From positions 239,382,001-239,446,000 of the forward strand of contig OZ024742.1 of NCBI GenBank assembly GCA_964016885.1: DNA of 64,000 nucleotides. Direction: 5' to 3'. This DNA comes from Eledone cirrhosa. Lineage: Eukaryota. The position numbers were made by a program, and so were the translations under genes. Below are positions 1-13,552 of the stretch, piece after piece. How positions within the stretch are numbered: the stretch's first letter is position 1; the number at the start of each line of letters is the position of its first letter. The notes under the pieces were generated by a model. That model was not told the origin of the DNA. It saw only the letters and a list, made by a program, of their open reading frames with translations, and did no database searches.

Positions 1-812
1 TTCTTTGTAACAAAACAATGGCTGTCAAAAACCATGATAATCATTATTTTTCACCCTAGATCTGCTCATGTGTGCTTTCTTTGCGCAAGGAGAATTTTTC
101 ATGCGCCACTCCTCACTTAGCTGTTTTGTCTCTGAATCGTATTCATACATCCATTATTCATCTGGTATTACTTTATTCAAGAATTTTGGCTCAACTTTGA
201 GTCTTTCCAGTAAGTCCTGACAAATTTCCAACCAATTTTCTTTTTGCTCCACAGACAATTGACTGGGCTAATTTTGTAGAAATGTTTCACATGTACAAAT
301 GGTCTGTTTAAATTCTGTGAACTGCATTTTTATCCAAACCTGTCTTTTCTGCAATTATCCTAACACTTAGTCGGTGATATTTCATCACCACTGCTCGCAC
401 CACTTCCACATTTTGTTCATTTGTTGACCTTCCAGAACAAGGTTAATCTTCAACATTTTCTTGGCCCTCTTTGAAAACTTTGTGCCACTTAAAAACCTTA
501 CTTCTCAATAGAGTGGCATTTCCATAAGCTTGTGTTATAGAATTAAATGTTTCGGTGGTAGATTTGCTGAGTTTCACACAAAATTTGACTGCATACTGTT
601 GTTCAATATTTTCCTGCATCACAAATGTAAGAGATTGTAAACACATCTATACATAAACAGCAATAATTCACAACTGACTCAATCAATCATATTGAAACAA
701 GTATTTACATGCAGCCAAGGTCATAACCAAAACACTTATATACATCAACGAGGTTCTGCGTTACCATGTTGTACATAGGAAAATCAGTACCATTACTTTT
801 GGGACAAACCTT
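1..812 (-). mobile_element. Decayed mariner (Tc1/mariner) DNA transposon, 5' part
   Basis: ORF 443-646 (EQQYAVKFCVKLSKSTTETF...VFKWHKVFKEGQENVED) resembles the mariner transposase N-terminal HTH. A TIR-like end (revcomp taaggtttgtcccaaaagtaatgg) lies near 790-812. The downstream frame is broken. Confidence 0.85.
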
Positions 813-868
813 ACAGAGGAAGGCTTTTAGAAAACTGTATTGTTTAGTTTCTTCTGTATTTTTTCTAG

Positions 869-946
869 ATTCTCCTGGACCATGTAAACAATGGAATTGT
901 CACTAAAGAAGAGGTGGGACAGAGAATCCTTACTGCTTTAAAACAG
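869..946 (+). CDS. TTC17: TTC17-like exon (ILLDHVNNGIVTKEEVGQRILTALKQ)
   Basis: Pyrimidine tract + AG at 867-868, GT at 947, 78 bp, phase 0/0, in frame with the next exon. Confidence 0.8.
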
Positions 947-2061
947 GTTAATAAAGTTGCTGCTTTCTTTAAAACAATCATTAAAGAAAAAAATTTCATT
1001 TGCCATCACTGGTATCATAGTTATTATTTGTATAAATTAAATTTTTAGACAGATATGAATGTCCGTTGGTTTTGTTAGAGCACAACTGAAAATTTTGTTT
1101 TCATTTAGTGTATAAGGGAGGGGCACTTGAATACTTTACCTTTATTTTATCCTGACTGGTGAGAGGTTTCAAGATTAAAACTGTAATCTGGCAAATCATT
1201 CCACAATTATAGAGTACTCCAACTGCTTTACATTTACTGCGAGGTGGAGATAAGTTTCTTTATTAGTGACACTGTAGAATACTATTGGTAGCATATAAAC
1301 CATTAACCTATTTACTTGACCAGATTTGACTTTTAAGCCTTAAAATAGGTCAGTTATGCCTTTCAGGTAACTCAAAATAATCTACTTGAATCCTGCTTGA
1401 ACTCTACCAAATATTTTTCCACATAAAAATGTACTACATACACGTACAACCAATGAAGCAGAGTGGTACATATTGAGAGGAACTTTTAATTCAATTACAT
1501 ATACTTACAACCTTAACTTATTAATGATTGAGAGGCTGTATATTTAATGGATTTCCACACACAATGCCTTATACATAGCAATATTTCCAACTCAAACATC
1601 AGCAAATGATACATACAGTAACCACTCTAGTGCTGGTGCCATAAAAAATGCATCCAGAACACTTTGAAAGGTGTTTGGTAACAAGAAGTACATCTCACTG
1701 TAGAAACTATGTAAATAAAAAGGGTTGAGAGGGCTCTCTAGTAGTGTCAAGAGCATGACAACCTCTCTAGTGTTGACAAGCTACATTGTAAATACACTAC
1801 CGCACACAAACATAATTAAAAACAAATCATATTGATAAATGGGGCATGATGTTAGTTACTCTTGTAGATTCAAGTGGTGGGTAAAGATTAGAATAATAAA
1901 GTTAATGAATATGATAGAATTGGTAATGATGATGATGGTGCTGTTAATTTGTGTAATGATTATAATTCTGCAATGTCCAATGAAATAAATATGCTCTTTA
2001 ATGTTTATATTTTCTCTTTGTTTCTTTCATAACTATTGACATAGCTATTTATATATTTTAG

Positions 2062-2286
2062 AGTATCAGTCCAAATTGGATTCTTTTCAACCTAGCTGGA
2101 CTCTACTGGAGAATATTAGGAAATGCTTTCTATGGAATTGAATGTATAAGACGGGCCCTGTACACAGTCCCTGAACTCTACCGAGATGTCCCTCTCATTA
2201 ATCTTGGCAGCATTCTATATAGAGTTGGTCGCTATGATGATGCGATAGTTGTCATAAAAGATGCTCTTATGATTAACAGTGTAGAG
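2062..2286 (+). CDS. TTC17: TTC17-like TPR exon (SISPNWILFNLAGLYWRILGNAFYGIECIRRALYTVPELYRDVPLINLGSILY...INSVE)
   Basis: AG/GTAAG boundaries, 225 bp open. The motifs AGLYWR..GN, C..RAL and DVPL.NL match the TTC17 TPR cluster as I recall it. Confidence 0.9.
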
Positions 2287-2983
2287 GTAAGAAATACTTT
2301 AATGTTCTTCTTGTTAATTTTGTTGTCTTCTGTGTTGTTTCACTTTATTTTCCTTTATTTTTGATGTTGAAAAAGAATAGTTCCGGGTGTCTCTATTTAA
2401 GCAGTAAACACAATTTATATTTAAAAATAATTATATATATAAAAAAAGAGATTGAAAAAATTAGGAGAAGACATGTACACACAATCATATGCCACAACAA
2501 GGGGCACTGGAGATCCCCTCAAATGAGTTTCAGGGAAGCCAACATACAGCATTATTGTGAGGCAAATGTGTTGGAATAATCAACAACTCTCCTGAGCATC
2601 GCCAATAATGACAAGAACCTCATTATTATTGCCCCACCTCTTCTCAAATGTCTCAAACACCGCAGTTAAACATGATTTTCAAAAACTATGATATATTTAG
2701 TTTTTTAAATTCTCTATAATAAATTTATGTTTCTTTACATAGTGACCAACTGTCATCATAAAAACACGAACTGTCTTCGATAGTATGGATAATTCTAATA
2801 TGCGGCCCTCATCTAAATTTGGAATGTTAATATGGCCCTTTCAGGCAAAAAAGTTGGGGACCTCTTCATTAGAGTATCAGATAAACTGTTTTGTGGCATT
2901 TAATTACATCCCAATACGTTCTGAGTTCAAATCCCGCTAAAGACAACTTTGCTTTTCATCCAAGGTTGGAAAAATAAAGTATA

Positions 2984-3071
2984 AATCAAGTACAAGGGTC
3001 AATCAAGTACAAGGGTCAATCAAGTACAAGGGTCAATCAAGTACAAGGGTCAATCAAGTACAAGGGTCAAT
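2984..3071. repeat. 17-bp tandem repeat (aatcaagtacaagggtc) x5 inside a degenerate SINE
   Basis: Five exact copies follow the SINE core gcttttcatcc...aaaataaagt. Confidence 0.9.
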
Positions 3072-3156
3072 ATAATCTACTTTTTCTCCCTCAAATTGTT
3101 GGCCTTGTGTCTGTGTTAGAAATAATTACTATAGAGCAGTAAACTGTAAACACAAA

Positions 3157-3485
3157 CATTCATCATCATCATTGTTGCTAGCAACAGCAGCAGCAGCAGC
3201 AGCAACACCATCACCACCGCCATCACTACCACAATCACTATCATCATCATTGTCAGCAATAGCAGCAACTTCACCACCACCATCACTACCACAATCACTA
3301 TCATCATCATCATCATTGTCAGCAATAGCAGCAACTTCACCACCACCATCACCACTACCACCACTACTACCATCATCATCCTTGTCAGCAGCAGCAGCAC
3401 CACCTCCACTACCACCACAACTTTCTTCATCATCATCACCAGCAACAGCAGTAGCACCACTGCCACCACTACTATTAGTATTATC
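3157..3485. repeat. Compound trinucleotide low-complexity tract (cat/cag/cac)
   Basis: Directly visible; explains ORFs 3116-3531. Confidence 0.9.
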
Positions 3486-4287
3486 AATTTTTATGTCTGG
3501 TTTTCATGCTGGCATGTTTTGTGTGGGCTGACATGGTCTGAGTCAGTTCTTATTTAGAGTTACTGCCTTCATAGACAGGCTGGAGAACCCCAATTCCCTT
3601 GTACACTTCATATTTAGAACCAACCATTTTACAGAGTGTACTGGGTGTATTTTGTTGCAACATCAGGTTGTCATGTATTTGGAAAGACTAAAGAGAGTCC
3701 CCTCTATATTATTTGTTTGTTGAAGGTAAATGTGACCAAGTGGGTGAGCAGAAGACTGAGTGATGACCAAGAGGTTTGGAAAAAGAGAAAGTGTGAGCAT
3801 GTGTGTGATGGGGTGGGGGAACAGAGTGATAGGAGCAAGAGAATTGTATGGAAAGCAGTAATAGAAGGGAGAAAGTAATAGTTACAAAATGGACGTGGAG
3901 TTTTTTTGGGGGGGGACTTAGAAGAGTGCACCATTTATGATCTTTCTAGAGCCTCCAAGACTGCTGGAAAAAAAGTGGGGAAATGATAACGCATGAATGT
4001 GTTAGTGCAATGAGAAGCAGCACTTCAAGATATCAGTTTATCTATCCTCAGACTGGAGATCTTGTCCAAATCTTTGCAACAGAGTGGACTCGGCTACAGA
4101 AACATAAGGTCAGTTTTGTGATGTTAAAATGGCAAATGAATTTGGGCTACCACCAAACAACAGGTACGATGGGCTTCCATACAGTTTCTGTTAACCAAGA
4201 TACATTTGTATATGTTACAACACTAATATAGTTAGAGTTGTAATATATATGAGATTGAAATTGAGTAGACTGTTAGGTGGAATTGGG

Positions 4288-4490
4288 TACATACAAACAC
4301 TCACATACATACACTCACATGTACATATTCATACACTCACATACATACACACTCACATACATACATACATAAACACATATACACATACTCACATACAAAC
4401 ACACATATGCCCACATACTCACACACACATACATACATACACATGCATACACTCACACACATACATACATTCACACATACATACATTTTC

Positions 4491-4566
<76 letters not shown>

Positions 4567-4580
4567 ACACATATACACTG
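4288..4580. repeat. (CA)n/(CATA)n microsatellite
   Basis: Directly visible. Confidence 0.95.
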
Positions 4581-5199
4581 ACAAAATGCCTTGTGGTATT
4601 TGATTATATATCTTTTCGTTCATATCACATCCAGTTTGACTTTATTTTTCATCCTTCCAAGGTCAATAAGGTAGGCACTGGTATCAGTTATGTCCACAGT
4701 CCAATGATTGAAACCAGTACAACAATATATGTATGGGCGTGTATGTGTGCATGTGTGTGTCATTATCATTATCATCATCATAATCATCGCTTTTATGGCA
4801 ACTTTTCCATGCTGGCATAGATTGGAAGGCATTTTTTGAGGCAACATCTTACAACTGTATGTCCTTCCTGACATTAACCCTTTTAGTCGCTTCTTCTTAT
4901 GACATGCAGAGATATGGTGTACCTATTCTAAACCAAATACACACATGAGTTGCTGAAACATGGAACAAACTACCTGCATCAGTTGTTAGCTGTCGAGACA
5001 CTGTATCCTTTAAAACCTCCATGCTTCCTGAAATCCGCCAACACTACACCTGATATACACATGTATATCATGACTTATACACTGTTCACTTTCCTGACAG
5101 TTGTACATTATTCTATGTACTATACATGCATCTTTGATGAGTTGTAGTACACCTGAACACTATACACAATAATTTCATTATTATTATTATTATTATTTA

Positions 5200-5420
5200 G
5201 GGCGGTGGATTGGCAGTATCGGTAGAGGGTTGGACGCTATGCTATGCTTTGCAGCAAAGAGTTACGGTCCTTTATGGTCTGAGTTCAAATCCCACCGAGG
5301 TTAACTTTGCCTTTCATCCTTACTGGGTCAATAAAATAAAGTACCAGTAATACACTGGGATAGTTGCTCGCCTTGTGCCAAAAGTAGAAACAATTATTAT
5401 TATTATTATTATTTATTATT
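5200..5420 (+). mobile_element. tRNA-derived SINE, full length
   Basis: Box A tggcagtatcgg, box B gagttcaaatccc, core aactttgcctttcatcc...aaaataaagtaccag, (att)n tail. Many copies in the window. Confidence 0.9.
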
Positions 5421-7669
5421 ATATATATTATGTCTCAGCCAGTGAAGGAGTGCTAGAGATATATCTACTCCATGTTAGTATGGAAGAACAGACATAAAAT
5501 AATGGATGATAATAATATATTCATGTTCATGCCTGTAGTATCGAATTGATTGTTAGCTTTTGTGCGATTCCTAATGTGAAATACTCATTTGACATATTTA
5601 ATTTTATGGTCTACTGAGTCATCCATTAGGCTTTTGTTACTGCAATGCTTCAGTAACAATTGCTGGTATGTTGAGAGTCCAGGGTTAGAACAAAGAGGAA
5701 TTTTATTGATTTTATTTTGTATTTTATTTTTGGTGAATTGGTTAAGTCATTAGAGTGTCAGATTAAATGCTTCATTATTTGTTTTGGTTCTCAGTGTTCT
5801 GAGTTCCAATTCTCCCATGGTCAGCTTTGCTTTTCATACTTTCAGGATTGATAAAGTAACAGGAACAGTGGATTAGCAGAATGGCTAAAGTATCAGAGGT
5901 GATGCTTTGTGGTGTCTGATCCAGCTCTATATTTTGAGTTCAAATACTACCTCCTTCTGCAAGCAGTTGTGACCCACAAATAGTATCAGCTATGAACAGA
6001 TCAATGGAAATAGAGTTTCCATGGTTTGATCTGACAACTGGATCCTTTCTTTTTCATCATCATTGAATGTCTGATTTTCCTGCTAGCAAGGGGTGGGTGG
6101 GTTGTTACAGACCAATTAAGTACTTAATTATAACTGATGTCTCCGATGGGCTGGAGGGCTTGCATCTTGCTTACATACATTCCCTTACTCTTCTGATTGC
6201 ACTAGGTGCATTTCATCATGGCACACTCTCAGACAGGCTGTGGGTAGTATGCATCTACTGAGTACACTAGGTGTATTTTATTGTGGCACCAGCGCTTCCC
6301 AGATTATATCATAAGTACTGCTTTTCTTTTTGACTAACTGATAAATAAAAAAAACCCAATAAACAGTACAATCTAAGTAAACTAGTGATGGTCTGTGTTC
6401 TCAACAATATGATGAAATATACTTGATGAACCAACTACTGATACCACAAAAATCCATCATGATACTAGGCACTTGGTTACAATTTGACTTGAAATGAGAA
6501 ACTCATCTGAAACACACATGGCATGCAATTAAAGTAATTTCAAAGAAATTCCACTGCCTAACGTACAACCACTTAAGACTGTATAATAAGGGAGTAATCA
6601 ATGCTCAATTGTTGTATGGCAGCTGGGTTTGGGGACACACGAGTATTAGTTATCTTCAAGCTATTGATAGATTCTGTACTCAAATTGGCAAAACTATCTA
6701 TATGTCTAAGATCTACCCTCACGATATCGATTTTTCATGAAGCAGGGTTAACCCCAGCTCACTTGTTGATATAAGAGTCAAGGAAACACAAATTGCTAAC
6801 TGCTCAGTTTAAATGCAAAAGAAAAAGAAACATGATACTTGGTTTACTCCATGGGTAGAATAATTAAAACTGTTTAAAATAATGATTAAAAACACAGAAG
6901 AGGAATCAAAAGATCTCCATAACACTATCACACAGTCAATCTCTTTTAACAGCTGGGTCTGCTACACAGAGGGGGGCACATTCAGACAAGGGAGTGGGTT
7001 GTGGAGCTACTTGCTCTTTCAAAATTAATTATAGAGTTATGAACTTCAGATTACATCAGGATTACATCAGGATTACATCAGGATATTTGATGCAGAATGG
7101 TGGGGAATTACATTGCCCATAGATTCAGCCAAGGAATTGCCCTGGAAAAATGGTTTTCTATTTACTGAAAGTATATTGAACCTAGAACTGCTTCAGTCAA
7201 GAAAAAGAGGTTGGGTTAGAGATATTGAGAATGCTCTGCTAAAAATAGATAACTACCTCTCAGAAATTTGGATACCAGTGATTTGGATACTGAGCCATTC
7301 AGATATTAGAGGAAATAGGAAAGCAGACAGATTAGCAAAAGAGGGAGCACAAAGGGAAATAATAGATATCGGCTACATCCCAAATCTTTCACAGGTAAAA
7401 TCATTTAGTAAACATAATTAGTCATGGGTGGGAAACATTTTGGGAAGAATTCAGAGATAAGCCCACAAATGTCAATACCCCACTTTCTCAACCAGATTTG
7501 ACAACATTCAAAATTTATTGATCATTGAGTAATGCAAATAAAAAAGACTATGTTGGCTTCAAACTGGACTATACCTTTGAACTACATTCTATCAAGAACA
7601 GGTTGTAGAGATTCACTTCTATGTTCTTGTGGTGACTTTCCAGAAACACTTTGGCATTATTTGTTCCAA

Positions 7670-7857
7670 GGGGCGGTGGATTGGCAGTATCGGTAGAGGG
7701 TCGTACACCATGCTTTGATGCATAGAGTTACGGCCCTTTATGATCTGAGTTCAAATCCCGCCGAGGTTAACTTTGCCTTTCATCCTTACGGGGTCGATAA
7801 AATAAAGTACCAGTAATGCACTGGGTAATTGCTGGCCTTGTGCCAAAAGTAGAAACA
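7670..7857 (+). mobile_element. Full-length tRNA-derived SINE with 14-bp target site duplication
   Basis: attatttgttccaa at 7656-7669 and 7858-7871; intact A and B boxes. Confidence 0.92.
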
Positions 7858-8141
7858 ATTATTTGTTCCAATGTAGAAACTATCAGTTTGGGAGAGAAGC
7901 CATGTTGAAACCAATCTTTAAAAAAACTACCAAGATTGGAAGTTCAATATATGGTAAAAGGTCTACCAAATATAAACAAAATTTTTGAGAATATGGAAGC
8001 TATGAAAAGATTCAACAAGAGAAACCTTTAGCTGTTTTACAGCTTCCCTTTTTTTCTTATTTTCTTTTTCTTTTTTCGTTTTCTTATGCATAATCTGCCT
8101 CCCATTGGCCTTCAATATTTGAAATTTTTATTTTTATTTTT

Positions 8142-8603
8142 TGTATTACTTGTGTCACTAGATCTTGTTGATTATGTATTACTTGTGTCACTAGATCTTG
8201 TTGATTATGTATTACTTGTGTCACTAGATCTTGTTGATTATGTATTACTTGTGTCACTAGATCTTGTTGATTATGTATTACTTGTGTTACTAGATCTTGT
8301 TGATTATGTATTACTTGTGTCACTAGACCTTGTTGATTATGTATTACTTGTGTCATTAGATCTTGTTGATTATGTATTACTTGTGTCACTATATCTTGTT
8401 GATTATGTATTACTTGTGTCATTAGATCTTGTTGATTATGTATTACTTGTGTCACTAGATCTTGTTGATTATGTATTACTTGTGTCACTCGATCTTGTTG
8501 ATTATGTATTACTTGTGTCACTAGATCTTGTTGATTATGTATTACTTGTGTCACTAGATCTTGTTGATTATGTATTACTTGTGTCACTAGACCTTGTTGA
8601 TTA
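8142..8603. repeat. 33-bp minisatellite x14 (tgtattacttgtgtcactagatcttgttgatta)
   Basis: Near-identical tandem units; explains ORFs 8084-8664. Confidence 0.95.
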
Positions 8604-9869
8604 CCAACTGCAAGGAGTACTCAATACTTCCTCTAGTCTGTCATGGCTTACTAGCTCTATATAGATGTTTAAATTGATTAAATAAAAAAAATAATAAATA
8701 GGCTGTAAATTGAGAGGAGTTAGCTGCTCTTTCCAGCAGGTTGAGCAGCAACAGAGTGGTTTCCCCATTAGCTCAAGTCATGCTCATTAGAAACAGTTTC
8801 TGAAAGATTATGGTTATGAAAGCATGAGTGCTTGGATTTATCAACGTGAAAGCAAGAACACAAGTCTGTTAGACTCAATTTGTCTGCAACAGGCTGATGT
8901 TCTTGAATTAATAGTTTTCAGCATTCTTCTTAGAAATGTGAAATGGCATATTTGTTAAAATTATTATTGTTACACAGTAAATAACAATAACTAGTTAAAG
9001 GCCCTTTAGATATGGTCACAGTCATGTATATACAATAAAGAAGCTTTCTTTGCAACCATATGGTTCCTAGTTCAACCCCTACAGAACAGTTCTTGTGCAA
9101 GTGTCTACTACTGTAGCCTCAGGTTGACCAATGCTTTTTGAGTGGAACCTGGTGTATGAAAACTGTGTAGAAAACCACCATGTATGTATGCGTGTGTGTT
9201 TATTGGTGCAAATTGCTACATTAAGTTATGTCTCTTTACACTGAAATGTAAAGACATTGCCAGTCTACCCTACCACAACGAAAAACACCCAGTCCGCTCT
9301 GTGCCAGAGTCACACTAAAACGCTCTCAGTATATGCTGTAAGGTGGTTAGCAATAGGAAGGGCATACAGCCATAGAAACCAAGCCAAAACAGAGCATGCA
9401 AGCAGGACATAGTCACCAGACCGATCTGGCTTCAACATACGACAACTCATTCAACCCATTTGGGCATGGAAAATAGACATTAAATGGTGATGGTGATGAT
9501 GATGAGGATTTGATAAAGTTCAGTAAAATAGATAACTGACTGAAATATGTAGTGGCAGCACCCACCATGATCACAATCCTATGACTGAAACCAGAGAAAA
9601 GAATAAAAGAAAGTAAAATAATGAAATAATAAAAAGCAGATTTGATTTATAAGCATGTCATTGGAGTAGGAGACTGTGAATAAGGAAGGTACTTTTGAAG
9701 CTAAATATATTACACAAGCAAAATATTAATTCCTTCAGTAGGCATTAAGCTTTAGAGTTTTATAGAGTAAATAAAGAACATATTTACAGAAGTTAAAATT
9801 TCCCAGTGATGAATGATAATTTTATTTGACCGTTCATACTTCTGTTATTTATTCTTTGTTTCTTTGCAG

Positions 9870-10166
9870 CCTTTGACCAACTACTTTTTGGGTAATTTGC
9901 TTGTTGCTACTCAAAACTATACAGGTGCTATGTGGCACTATGAACAAGCTATTTTAGAACCATATGGTTTGAAAGAAGCTTACAGTGCACTACGGGCAGT
10001 AAAATGTCAGCAGAAGTTTCACAAGTCTGCGCAGAGTGAAGCCTCTCACCAGATGAGTGATACAAATAGCATGACTGATTCCTCCACAACAAGTTCAAAT
10101 TGCCAGCAGAAAATTATGTATTCCACCAACATTCCACAAGGAGAGAGTAGGGTCATATGCCAAACT
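9870..10166 (+). CDS. TTC17: TTC17-like exon (PLTNYFLGNLLVATQNYTGAMWHYEQAI...AVKCQQKF...ESRVICQT)
   Basis: tctttgcAG acceptor, GTAAG donor, 297 bp, phase 0/0. The junction INSVE|PLT matches the TTC17 TPR continuation. Confidence 0.9.
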
Positions 10167-10439
10167 GTAAGAAAACCAAACAATTTTGTTGCTTTTTTTC
10201 CTTTACCTTTCACTTTTTTTTCTGACAAGGGTCGATATGGACTCTATAAACTGCAATGAAAGCAATCCATCTAGGAAAGAAATAATCCAAAATAAATACT
10301 TTCACAGAGTAGCCATTGACTTTGTAAACCACAATGAAGGCAACCTATCTAGGTGAGCAATAACTTCAAATAAAAATTAATTCTTCTTGTCGTATGACAT
10401 ATGCACAATAGTTAGAGAGGCAGGTTGAAACTGGCAAGC

Positions 10440-12400
10440 CAGACCAAAGCATCATTTGTAGCATTATGGATCCAGGCTGCTGGAAAAACATCTGAAGGGA
10501 CAATCCTGAACAACATGCAGTATTGTCTGGTCAGGGTCTCCACAGTCACATGCTGGGCTATCTTTCATTTTTCCTCGATGGAAATGATGGGTTGTCCTGG
10601 TATGTGTTGTGCGGATCTGATTAAAGGACACCCATTGCTTTCTGGGAAGGCCAAGACCAACTGGTTTAGATGTGAAGTCCTGAACGAGGTCTTGGTTGGC
10701 AAATTTGGACTCATTCCATGATCTGCACCACTCTTCCTTTAGATCAAAGTTATTGCCCTGAAGGGACTTCATTGATTCCCAGAATGGTTTGTGCAATTTT
10801 AAACGCATGTTGGGAAGGTTTCCCCACTCTTCATGGATTGGGAGGTTGGGTTTAGAATTAGTAAGAAGTGCTGCTTTGCAGATCATCTCCTGATGCCACA
10901 TGTGAGAAGGAGCTATATGAGAAAAGGTAGGCAGCCACAAAGTAGGTGTAGATTTCAGTGTGCCAGATACTATTCTCATTGCCGAGTTGAGAATGGTGTC
11001 AACTTGCTTGGCATAGCAGCTTCCTGCCCAGACCAGTGAACAGTACTTTGCAACTGAGTATGTAAATGTTAAGCATGCAGCTCGGAGTGTGTGTGCACAG
11101 ACCCCCAGCTGTTTCCTGCTAACTTGTGGATGATATTAATCCTAGTCTTGAGCTTTCTGGCAACTCTCTTTAGATGCTTTCAGTAGGCCAGACTGCAATC
11201 CAATGTTTCACCAAGATATTTGGTGTATGGTTCATTCTTGATAGGTCTACCACAGAAGGAGACCTTGGTTACATCCTAGCTTGTCTGATTTTGAGATGGA
11301 AGGTTGTCACAGTGGTCTTGCTTGAGTTGGGCTGAAGGTGCAAGTAGGTGTAGTAGTCCTCCATCTTCTTCAGGTCTTTTGTGAGTGTAAAGTTGGGTTT
11401 GTCAAGGTCATCAGCTTATGCAAATTTCCTCAAAGTTGTCCTGGGCATATAAAGAGCATTGGTGCCAGGACGGAACGTTGGGAAAGGCCATCATTCAGGG
11501 TTCTGGTTGAACATCTTAGTGACATTCTGAACCTTCTCTTACTGAGTATGGAGACAAGGATCTTCACAGTTATCTGACACTTGATGATATGACAGGTCTT
11601 CAGAAGGAGGCTGTGTCTCCATACAGTATTGTATGCAGAAGACCTTGCTGGTAGCCAGCCTCCATAAAGGAGGTGAGAAGTAGGCACGATGCAATGGCAT
11701 AAGCAGTTACTTTTGGTGGCTGGTGCTGAATGGGAGATGCTGCGCCAAAACACCTAAGGAGATTCCATGCTTTCCTATCAGAGTGAGTGAAATCCAACTC
11801 TTCCACTGTTTCCTGCCAGCCTATCCATCTAGCTGAGTTAAGAGAGTCTAAGAGTTCCATAGCAATATCTGGATCACCTGAGGCCTCATAGCTCTTGAGA
11901 AGCACTTCAGACTCTAGGAGCCAGCATGGGGTGAAAGATTGACAGAAATCTTGCAGGATGTGTTTCTTGGCAGCATCCTTCAGAATCTTACAAAATGAAG
12001 TATAATTCTTGAGAATAGGTTTCAAGCTGATGATTTGTTCCTCTACCTCTGAACTGAAGGATTCCCAATCAACCTTATTTATGTTCCGCCATGGTAGTTG
12101 CTTGGATTGTATAACAGGAATCTCTATGCTGATGTGTATCACAGCTGGTCTATGTTGGCTGTGGAGGAAGTGAAGGAGTATCTTGCGAAAAACCTGAACA
12201 GGACGTTCGTTGATTGATTTGGAGAGGTAGCAGAGTTCTGGGTTGTAATCCTTCTTCCAGTGACTAGAATAGAATGCTGGATTCCTCAAGAACAGAAAAT
12301 TCTTTAATAGCATGCCTGATGTAAGTGGCAACACTATTTCTTGTGAGGTACTGCACCCATATTTCTTGTGAGGTACTTGTGAGGTACTGCACCCATAGAC
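10440..12400 (-). mobile_element. Decayed LINE, Ingi/Vingi-like
   Basis: Motifs YNPEL, HSQHRP, ELDFTHSDRKAWNLL, GLSQRSVLAPMLF and C-terminal LPRKQW...CDCGDPDQTILHVVQDCP, with several frameshifts. Confidence 0.8.
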
Positions 12401-13028
12401 ACGAAGCTAAGAGCAGCTCTCGACATCACCAATAAGAAGACTTATAGCCCCAAAGAAAATAAGAAAATGAAAGAGAATTAGTCAGTATATGACTATTAAC
12501 TCTTTGTTACCAAACTGTCCATGGTTCTGTGATACAAAAGTTTGTTTTAAAGTGTTTATATTTATCTAAAAACCTTCCATCATAATTTTATGTAAGAATC
12601 TTTGTTAAGTTATGCTTTAAGCACCAGTTTAATAATGATAAAGTTGAATTCTTGAATATTTTCAAAATTATTTGAAAAATCTGTATTTTTTATTAGAAAT
12701 ATGGTAATATAAAGGCTTAAGGAATTTTAAATTGAAAAAGCACATTGTAAATGTGATTGGCATTAGGAAGGGCATCCAGCCATAGAAACCAAACTAAAAT
12801 CAGTTCTGTGTGAGCAAAACACGGTCCTTCAACTTGGCTTGTCTCACAACAGGATAGCTTGTCTAACCCATGCTAGCATGAAAAAAAATGGTTGTTAAAC
12901 GATGAAGATGTATGATGTAATAAAATATGTGATGAAATCAAATCCTTTAATGAGATCAGGTGAATGAATAGTAAATTTAATCTGATGGATTTTTATTTTC
13001 ATTTAAAATTTTTTTGTATTTCCTAAAG

Positions 13029-13200
13029 GAAAATGGAGCTGAAAAGTGTGTGATAGAAACACGAAGTTATTCAAAGTCTTCCAACTGTGATGGTCATTGT
13101 ACTCAAACTTGTACAATTATACCTATCAAACTGGAATCTTGTGCTTCAGCCATGTCATCACAGGACAGTCTGGGAGCTGCAGTAATGGCTGCTACAGAAT
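13029..13200 (+). CDS. TTC17: TTC17-like exon, Cys-rich (ENGAEKCVIETR...CDGHCTQTCTIIPIKLESC...)
   Basis: AG at 13027-13028, GTAAGT at 13201, phase 0/1, in frame with the flanking exons. Confidence 0.8.
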
Positions 13201-13552
13201 GTAAGTCTCTCTTCAAAGACATCTCTCTCCATACCTCTCTCTCTCTCCCTTTTCCCCTATCTTTCTGACTCACACTCGCATACATAAGTTCACGCTCATG
13301 CATTCATATACATAAACATAGCAGTGCCCATTTCTTCTCCAAGCTTCAAGTCCTCACTAAATTTAACCTGCCAGCAGAAACAGTTTTCAGGAACTAGGTG
13401 AAAATGCTTTTGGAGCCAAAAGTAAGAGTCAGGTGAGGACCAAATATACCTGTCCATCCCTGCTGAACATCAAGGTATTCCCTCTACCTGAATATCCCAA
13501 ACATTTATAACTAAATAGCTAGATACACCTATGACTAAACAGATAGACATAC

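Larger units (their letters stand above)
6360..8700 (+). mobile_element. Decayed non-LTR retrotransposon with RNase H and CCHC knuckle (I/Nimb-like), 3' part
   Basis: WILSHSDIRGNRKADRLAKEG is an RNase H motif. CSCGDFPETLWHYLFQC is restored by removing the SINE at 7670. A-rich tail at about 8680-8700. Confidence 0.75.

Noticed and set aside
3116-4874. Low-complexity ORFs (poly-V/M/L, HT repeats)
   Set aside because: Microsatellite translations inside an intron.
8084-8664. ORFs on both strands
   Set aside because: Products of the 33-bp minisatellite.
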